Part shown: in pieces, positions 55,369 to 64,000 of the stretch | How positions within the stretch are numbered: position 1 is the stretch's first letter | How the letters are laid out: each line of letters opens with the position of its first letter | Source: Thermodesulfobacteriota bacterium | Lineage (GTDB): Bacteria; Desulfobacterota_D; UBA1144; Nemesobacterales; Nemesobacteraceae | DNA length: 64,000 bases | Direction of reading: 5' to 3' | Assembly: GCA_965202785.1 (NCBI GenBank) | Contig: OZ241855.1 | Coordinates: 96,001 to 160,000 of the forward strand | Notes under the pieces: model-generated | Databases searched by the model: none | What the model was told of the DNA's origin: nothing | Seen by the model: the letters and a program-made list of their open reading frames with translations, nothing else | Position numbers and translations under genes: made by a program

Positions 55369-56850
55369 TTACGGCGATCCGTCGTCCGTCTCCTCGCCCG
55401 GGGAAACGGCGTATCCCGAGAGCCGGGACTTCTCGGAGATATCCGGGGGAAGCTCTTTCGAGGTTTTAATTCCCAACTCCCTGAGATCCGAAGCTCTTTT
55501 CACGAGGTTACCCCTCCCGTCGCGAAGGCTGCCCATCGCCTTTTGATAAGCCTGATCGGACTGTTCTATGCGCTTTCCGACTTCCTCAAGATGCTCAACG
55601 AAAGTCACGAACTTGTCGTACATCCTGCCGGCGCTTTCGGCTATCTCCCTGGCGTTTGCGTTCTGGGACTCAAACTGCCAGATGCTGTGTATGGTTCTAA
55701 GCGTCGCGAGAAGAGTCGAGGGACAGACGATTATAACGTTTTTCTCGAAAGCCTCCGCATAAATATCCCTCTCCGTCTCTATGGCCAGCATGAAAGCCGA
55801 CTCGAGTGGAACGAACATCAAAACGTAGTTAAGGCTCGTTATTTCGGGGATATCCTCGTATCTCTTGTCGCTGAGTTCCTTTATGTGGCTTCGAAAGGAA
55901 AGAACGTGCTGTTTCAGGTAATCATCCCTCTCCTCCTCATCCTCGCAGGAGACGTATCTCTCGTAAGCAGTGAGCGAGACCTTGGAGTCGATTACAACAT
56001 CTTTTCCCTCAGGAAGGTGAACGATCACGTCGGGCCTCAGGGTATTGCCGTTACTTCCCTTGTAGCTTGACTGGGAGTGATACTCCCTTCCCTCGGAAAG
56101 ACCCGACATCTCAAGCGCCTTCTCAAGCACTATTTCGCCCCAGGCGCCCTGGGTCTGCGATTCTCCCTTGAGGGCGGTGGTAAGATTGAGGGCTTCCTGG
56201 CTCATCTGCTCGCCCAGTTTCTTGAGGTTCTCTATGTGGGTTTGCAGGGAAGCTCTGTCTTTGCTCGCCTCCGTGTGGGTATCAGTGACTTTCTTCTCGA
56301 AATCCTTTATCTGCTCGCGCAGGGGATTAAGCAGGGTCTCCATATCCGTCTTGTTCTTGTCGGTGAATTTCTTGGTCGTATCCTCGAAAATCCTGTTTCC
56401 GAGGTTCTCAAACTCATCTCCGAGTCTTTTTTTCGCTTCATCCAGAATGGCCAGTTTTTCCTCGAAACCCTTTCTTTCCTGCTCTATGGTCGCACTGAGC
56501 CCTGAGAGCGCACTTTCCTTCCTGGCAACCTCGGACCCTAGCTCACTAACCAGTTTTTCGAACCCGGAAATCCTTGAATCACGGTCCGAAATGGCGGCTT
56601 CCTTTTCTTTTACGCTGGACTGAAGGGAGGCTTTCTCGGCGTTAAGGGCACTTGTGGCCTCGACCGATTTCTTAAGCTCTCCTTCAAGCAGTACACCCTT
56701 GCTCTTTGACTCTTTCAGTTCGGTTCTTATAATGGACAGCTCGGTTTCGGCGGACTTTCTCTGGCCTTTTTCCCTGGTCAGATAGTAGAACAACGGAATA
56801 GCGACAATGGCAATCACGCCCAGGTGGGTAAGCAGGTCGGGGATATTCAT
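55369..56850 (-). CDS. rmuC: DNA recombination protein RmuC
   Basis: N-terminal TM and coiled coil, QGAWGE, RPDVIVHLP, IDSKVSL and PSTLLATLRT. Confidence 0.93.
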   Translation of the reverse strand: MNIPDLLTHLGVIAIVAIPLFYYLTREKGQRKSAETELSIIRTELKESKSKGVLLEGELKKSVEATSALNAEKASLQSSVKEKEAAISDRDSRISGFEKLVSELGSEVARKESALSGLSATIEQERKGFEEKLAILDEAKKRLGDEFENLGNRIFEDTTKKFTDKNKTDMETLLNPLREQIKDFEKKVTDTHTEASKDRASLQTHIENLKKLGEQMSQEALNLTTALKGESQTQGAWGEIVLEKALEMSGLSEGREYHSQSSYKGSNGNTLRPDVIVHLPEGKDVVIDSKVSLTAYERYVSCEDEEERDDYLKQHVLSFRSHIKELSDKRYEDIPEITSLNYVLMFVPLESAFMLAIETERDIYAEAFEKNVIIVCPSTLLATLRTIHSIWQFESQNANAREIAESAGRMYDKFVTFVEHLEEVGKRIEQSDQAYQKAMGSLRDGRGNLVKRASDLRELGIKTSKELPPDISEKSRLSGYAVSPGEETDDGSP

Positions 56851-56951
56851 GGCAGATCTTATATTGTAAACTATTCGGCCTGACAATAAAAACGGCACAT
56901 ACATAGACTTGTACCAGACCAGTTTGCATTTTGTTCGGAGGAAGAATAGAC

Positions 56952-57233
56952 ATGAAAATTTCGAAAACTAAACGCGTCTGGACCGTCGCTGAGGCCAAGG
57001 TGAAACTTTCTGAAATACTGAGGCTTGCAGAGACTGAGGGTCCTCAGCGTATCGGAGTACGAAAGTCCTTCATTCTGGTACCTGAAAAGGTGTGGGAGAC
57101 TAGAGAACCGCCTAAAAAGCATATGGGTCAGTGGCTACTTGAAAACATGCCACGGGGAATCGAGCTTGAAATCCCGCATAACCGAGAGTCCAAACGCAAA
57201 ATCCCGTTCATTGAGGATGATGAAGCTGGATGA
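56952..57233 (+). CDS. Phd/YefM-family antitoxin (orphan)
   Basis: WTVAEAKVKLSEILRLAETEGPQRI. Confidence 0.8.
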   Translation: MKISKTKRVWTVAEAKVKLSEILRLAETEGPQRIGVRKSFILVPEKVWETREPPKKHMGQWLLENMPRGIELEIPHNRESKRKIPFIEDDEAG

Positions 57234-57573
57234 TCGGCTATTTTCAGGGATACTGGGGTAGTATAATCGAAGCCGAACTATCTGTTTCCTTGATACTCGA
57301 AACTGCTCTTATAAACGAGTTCGCCTATCTATTGATTCAAGCTTTTAGAAAGGTACCGGGGTTACAGACTTAAGCTTACAAGTCCTCCAAACCCCGCGTC
57401 GACTCTTTTAACCCTCAGTGTAGCGCTTTAAATTCCAAGAGCCGTCTTATCCAGGCAATTCATCAGCTGAATTGATGTTGGGGAGGTCTGAGAGTTTCAC
57501 TCACCCGAGTGGAACAGGATGGGACTATTAGGACTGAATGTTCCGTATCACCTTGAAATAACTTAATTTTCAC

Positions 57574-57603
57574 TTGACAAGCGTTTAAGCTGAGGGATAG
57601 AAT
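57574..57603 (+). promoter_or_regulatory. near-consensus sigma70 promoter upstream of the recombinase
   Basis: TTGACA-N18-TAGAAT. Confidence 0.6.
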
Positions 57604-57758
57604 TACTATTAGATTCTACGCAGTCTTCACAGCCTGCGAAGGTTACGATAATCTCAACTTAAAAGAATAATTTCCTAACAATATGATGGGGCAAGTGGCT
57701 AGTTGCAGGGTAATCACCTTAATTTTCACAGGCGAACGATCGAACGCTGACCGTCGGT

Positions 57759-57871
57759 GAGAATCTCCAATCCTCAAGACAAGTTTCACGGCCGATTAAC
57801 ACTCGCCAACTTAATCCCCCGCAAAACTTAGGTCCCGAACCTGTCAACCTCGTAATCCTTACGGAACCTTA
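57759..57871 (-). repeat. decayed copy of the 23S rRNA 3' end (direct repeat of 62031-62143)
   Basis: Ungapped manual alignment gives 82/113 identical positions. Of the 31 differences, 27 are transitions. Confidence 0.9.
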
Positions 57872-57991
57872 CTTTCCAGACTTGCTTCGCATGCTGCTCC
57901 CTGCCGCTTACGCATTATCTGGCCCCAACCTGTTGTTCCTATTGAGAAAAAACATTAAGCATTTCCCTAAAAAATCGCAGGAGGATTTATT

Positions 57992-58984
57992 ATGGGAGAG
58001 CAGAATACACTTGAGAAATCACATTCCATGAAATTGCTAGAAGAGGAAGCGAACCTTAGAGAGCTTATCAGCGAATCCGTGTCAGAAAACACGCTTAATA
58101 TCTACCACGGGGCGCTGCGTCGTCTTGGAGCGTTCATGGGAATTGAAGTCGGGAGAGAAATGGATGTAGACCTGCTGCTTGAAAAGCTCAATGACGTTGC
58201 TCTCGCCCGCTACATTGCGGCACTCGAAGCCGAGGGCAAGGCCCCCGCCACGGCTCAAATGGCTATAGCGGCGGTTTCCTACGCGGTGAAACTCAGAGAC
58301 ATAAAGTCACCGGTTAACAGGCTTACGGCGGCGGTAATGCGGGGATTTCGCCGCAAGGGAGCGAACCGGGGACGCGGCCAGGCCCGCGGGGTCAGCTGGA
58401 CACAGGCCGAGACGATGGCAGCTAAGGCGAGCGAAGATCCGGATTCGCTTTCAGGCATCCGTGACGCGGCTTTGATCTCGGTCATGTCCGACGCGATGCT
58501 GAGAATTTCCGAAGCGGCAGCGCTGCTTGTCTCAGACGTCACGGAAGAAACCGACGGTTCCGGGCGGCTGAGTGTCAGGCGCTCAAAGACGGATCAGGAA
58601 GGCAGGGGAGCGGTTCTTTATCTTGGCCGCCCGACGATGGTGCGGGTTCGCGCGTGGCGGGAAGCGGGAAGAGTGAATAACGGGGCGCTTTTTCGCAGAG
58701 TATCACGCGGAAAGATTCATACTTCTCGAGTCGGGGAAATGGCTCTACGCCCCTTGTCCATACGCCGCATTCTCAAAGCTCGAGCCGCGCAGGCAGGAAT
58801 AGAGGGGGTAAGCGGTCATTCTCTGCGCGTCGGGGCGGCGCAAAGCATGGCAGCCAGCGGTGCGACTCTCGTCGACATGCAGGTCGCGGGCCGCTGGCAG
58901 TCCCCGCAAATGCCTGCCCTCTACTCCAAGCATCAGCTTGCGGGGAGTAACGCCGTCGCTCGCATTCGCTACGGTTGCGGATGA
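57992..58984 (+). CDS. Cre-like tyrosine recombinase/integrase
   Basis: RDAALI...LRISE (catalytic R), RSKTDQEG (K), SGHSLRVG (H-x-x-R), GRW (Cre-type W) and the nucleophile Y in MPALY. Strong SD. Confidence 0.93.
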   Translation: MGEQNTLEKSHSMKLLEEEANLRELISESVSENTLNIYHGALRRLGAFMGIEVGREMDVDLLLEKLNDVALARYIAALEAEGKAPATAQMAIAAVSYAVKLRDIKSPVNRLTAAVMRGFRRKGANRGRGQARGVSWTQAETMAAKASEDPDSLSGIRDAALISVMSDAMLRISEAAALLVSDVTEETDGSGRLSVRRSKTDQEGRGAVLYLGRPTMVRVRAWREAGRVNNGALFRRVSRGKIHTSRVGEMALRPLSIRRILKARAAQAGIEGVSGHSLRVGAAQSMAASGATLVDMQVAGRWQSPQMPALYSKHQLAGSNAVARIRYGCG

Positions 58985-59440
58985 CGCGTTGCGTGACCGG
59001 GAAGGGTGGCAGCTGCGAAGCTAAATTTCACATCGGGAAAAACCGGAGTTAAAACGCAGCCTCGCTGCCCATCCCGGCAATCATCTCGCAAGAAAAGCCT
59101 AACTCCAAAAACCCCTCAACTTTAAGTTTAACAGAACGCCTGAGTAATTCCTCAGAGGAGAAAAAACACCGTATTACCACCATCCAAGCGACATAAGACT
59201 GGCCCTCTCCGCAAAGACATACAAGAAAAACGATAGATACAAGTTGCTTCGTTGCTTCTGATTCTTAACTGAAATTAGGGAACGGAACAAAACAAGTTTT
59301 TTCTGATATATGAATAATTTTGAGAATCAGGAATTACAGGAGTTAATCGAAAATTATAAAGAGGTGCGGGTTTCTTTGCTTCCAAACCTTTTGATAGCTA
59401 CTCAAGACTAAAATCTATAATTTTTAAAGGAGGATTTATT

Positions 59441-60832
59441 ATGAGATTACGTAATCTTTTCTTTGTCCTGCTGTTGTGCATGACAGTGGGAATACTCGGT
59501 GTTTCGTGTGAAGGAGATACCGGCCCGGCTGGTCCGCAAGGACCTCCAGGTGAACAAGGACCTCCGGGAGATTCCGGGGACTCTGATATGGACATGGATG
59601 ATGGTGAAGTCAGTGAAGATGCCTGTGAAGACCTCGTTGAAGGACCACGCAGGTTTGACGGCGGAACCGGCGATGATGTGATTTGTGGTGACGACAGTCG
59701 CAACAGGATATATGCCGGGGGAGGAAATGACGTTGTTCTCGCTATGGGTGGAAACGATATTGTTCATGGCGAAGCAGGAGATGACACCCTGGACGGTGGA
59801 TCTGGTGAAGACGAGTTAAGAGGTGGAGACAACGACGATGTTATCAGAGGTGGAGAGGGTAATGATGATATCGCGGGCGGTTCGGGGGACGACGTCATGG
59901 AAGGCGGACCGGGCAATGATGTTTTCTGGTCCCATGTCAATTACGCTGCCCCAACAGAAGCAGACGCAAACGCAACTAGCAACGTAGATGGCTCTGATGA
60001 TTTTATCGGTGGCGATGGCGTTGATACGGTCAACTTCTCAATGGCAGGAAACAGCGAGGCTGTAACCATAGACCTTGCAGAAGGCTATACGGACTTCGGC
60101 ATGGCTCACAACGACGATTCCGATACCTATGTCAGCATCGAAAACCTTGTTGGAACCGGTGAGGCCGATACGCTGATGGGCGATGACAATGATAATAACC
60201 TGAGCGGTGGTGCCGGCGACGACACAATCGAGGGGCGTGGCGGCAATGACGTGATTACCGGCGGTGCTGGTGCTAACACGGTCGATGGAGGAGATGGTGT
60301 TGATACTTTTGTCGTTGTTACTACAGGGGATGCCACAATTAATGCGCCTAGTGCAGGTACTGCTGTAAACTTCGAGAATCTTCTCGCCGCCTCCGGAACC
60401 GGTACAGATGGAGCTGATCTCGCGGGTATTAATCTGACAGGAGATAATATGCCTAATACCCTTACCGGTAACGGTGTAGCCAATACTCTTATGGGTGGAG
60501 GCGGAAACGATACCCTCATAGGGGGTGGTGGTACAGACAACCTGACAGGTGGCGAAGGCAACGATATTTTTGTTATTGCCATGGGACAAGGTGCTGACAA
60601 TATCACGGACTTTACTTTCCCGGCAGCAGGAGTGTCAGGATCTGTTGATATGATCCATTTAAAGGGTTTCCCTGCGGGCTCTGATATCGAAGCCGTTACA
60701 GGTCAGAATGCGCAAATTGCAGTAGATGGCGACGTTGTGGTGACTTTTACAAATGCTGACGCTACTGTAAATGCAAATACGGTTACTTCAATCTTGAGGG
60801 CACCTTCTACATTTGTGAGGTTTATCGACTAA
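59441..60832 (+). CDS. lipoprotein with short collagen-like G-X-Y stretch and RTX (hemolysin-type) Ca-binding repeats
   Basis: Lipobox GVS-C, GDTGPAGPQGPPGEQGPPGDSG, many GGxGxDxL repeats and IENLVG repeats. Confidence 0.88.
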   Translation: MRLRNLFFVLLLCMTVGILGVSCEGDTGPAGPQGPPGEQGPPGDSGDSDMDMDDGEVSEDACEDLVEGPRRFDGGTGDDVICGDDSRNRIYAGGGNDVVLAMGGNDIVHGEAGDDTLDGGSGEDELRGGDNDDVIRGGEGNDDIAGGSGDDVMEGGPGNDVFWSHVNYAAPTEADANATSNVDGSDDFIGGDGVDTVNFSMAGNSEAVTIDLAEGYTDFGMAHNDDSDTYVSIENLVGTGEADTLMGDDNDNNLSGGAGDDTIEGRGGNDVITGGAGANTVDGGDGVDTFVVVTTGDATINAPSAGTAVNFENLLAASGTGTDGADLAGINLTGDNMPNTLTGNGVANTLMGGGGNDTLIGGGGTDNLTGGEGNDIFVIAMGQGADNITDFTFPAAGVSGSVDMIHLKGFPAGSDIEAVTGQNAQIAVDGDVVVTFTNADATVNANTVTSILRAPSTFVRFID

Positions 60833-60882
60833 GGAACTAAACTTTTCTTTTGCAGTCTAGTGAACACTGTGAAAGATCCTCC

Positions 60883-60924
60883 GGGGCCGGGTACTCGTCA
60901 TCAAGTATCCGGCCCCTTTTTTTT
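60883..60924 (+). terminator. intrinsic terminator
   Basis: GGGGCCGGGTACT...AGTATCCGGCCCC followed by eight T residues. Confidence 0.85.
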
Positions 60925-60935
60925 GGAGATATCAG

Positions 60936-61199
60936 ATGTCTGCTCCTTCCAACCAAGAGATTTTAAGAGAAGTCCACAAGCTGCGAGAATCATCTAACAG
61001 GTTTCGTGTTGAGTTGAAAGACAAACTCGCAAACATCAAAGAAATGCTTGAGACCACGAGGGAAGATGTCAAGTCCACAAAAAAAAACACAGGTTATGCT
61101 CACAAAGATTTGGGGGAAATCTCGGAGGAGATAAGCCAAATCCTTTCTTTCGTTGAGCATTTTCCTGACTACAAGATTGAATTGAAACTTAGAAAATGA
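60936..61199 (+). CDS. small coiled-coil hypothetical protein
   Basis: 87 aa ORF with a GGAG SD and heptad-like charged sequence. Confidence 0.55.
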   Translation: MSAPSNQEILREVHKLRESSNRFRVELKDKLANIKEMLETTREDVKSTKKNTGYAHKDLGEISEEISQILSFVEHFPDYKIELKLRK

Positions 61200-62045
61200 T
61201 TAAACTGGACGCTGAGTGAGCTCTTCTTGTTAACGGACGAGAAGTACTAACACCCGAGTGATGCTGCAACATCACTCACCCCACTTCTTGCCCAGCGTCC
61301 TTGATTTAGGAGCCGGTTGAATAGCCGGTGTCCTTGGCACCTCCCGTATCCTGTTCGTAAAAGCCCTAGCGAGCTTTCCGGTTCCTTATATACCGTAAGG
61401 ATGCAGAACAAATGATAAATCAACCACTTTTACAATGGAGCGATAGCGGCAAAGATCCCCCAGATTTTCTTTCCGAGCTTGTCAATTCTTTTTTTCCTGA
61501 CCGGAGAATTTTAGTCCGAACCTTTAGTTCTTTCGTCCAAGCTTTCCTTTAAAGCCGCAGTTCTCCATCTTCAATCTTGGTTTCAATTTTCGCGAACCTG
61601 TCCTCCGACATTTAAGGGAATTCTTAAAATTTCATTTTTGGGGCAACAAAATGCATAGTTCCCTTTTATTCCTTATTCAAGATGGTGAACAGAATCTTGG
61701 CAAATCTAGCAGTACTATCTACAACCTTCCTTTTTTCCCTGCTTGCTTCGAGGGAATAAGCACCTACTACGTTGAGCGGAACCAGAAAGGATTGGAACTA
61801 TTTGAAATGGAAAAACAAGTAGCGGAAACCAGAAGATGGGGTCAGCGGAAAGTCAGTTCTAAGTTCTATAATTTCAGTTAAAAAACATTAAGAACTTGTC
61901 TATAAACTACCATAACAAATTCTAACATGTCAAGAACTTTATGAAGAAAACATATTTAAAAGAAGCAACCCTCAAGTTGCAGAATCCCTGGCAACTGAAT
62001 ATAACGCTTGAGAAATCGTGTGTTTATATCGAGAATTTTCAAACC

Positions 62046-64000
<1,955 letters not shown>

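Noticed and set aside
57480-57530. Faint resemblance to reverse-complement 5S rRNA (GTTTCACT...GAGT...CAGGATGGGAC) beyond the decayed 23S copy
   Set aside because: Only short scattered matches. It cannot be supported without a covariance-model search.

Overview
A chromosomal segment from a Gram-negative bacterium. The gene content suggests a deltaproteobacteria-like lineage, possibly Candidatus Dadabacteria or a host-associated relative; this is an inference and has not been verified. The backbone is housekeeping: tamB 3' end, der, a troR-troABCD-type Mn/Zn ABC operon, tRNA-Arg, addAB, fumC, RND efflux, trxA, hisS, tatA, nuoGH, gyrB, dcd, pheS, secDF-yajC-tgt, dapB, yicC, sucD, rmuC and a partial 23S rRNA at the right end. 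Single toxin-antitoxin and defence modules are scattered between these genes, and three of them are reduced to orphan antitoxins. The most unusual feature is a ~4.3 kb island downstream of the 23S gene. It carries a Cre-like tyrosine recombinase, a collagen/RTX-repeat lipoprotein and small ORFs. Its far boundary is a decayed, ungapped ~113 bp copy of the 23S 3' end, lying in the probable 5' leader of the recombinase. Other oddities are a hipBA module bracketed by a diverged direct repeat with a tsaD 5' fragment, an oxoprolinase B-dipeptidase fusion with two mutually compensating tandem duplications, and a sucD whose expected start codon reads ATA. All alignments and counts were done by eye.
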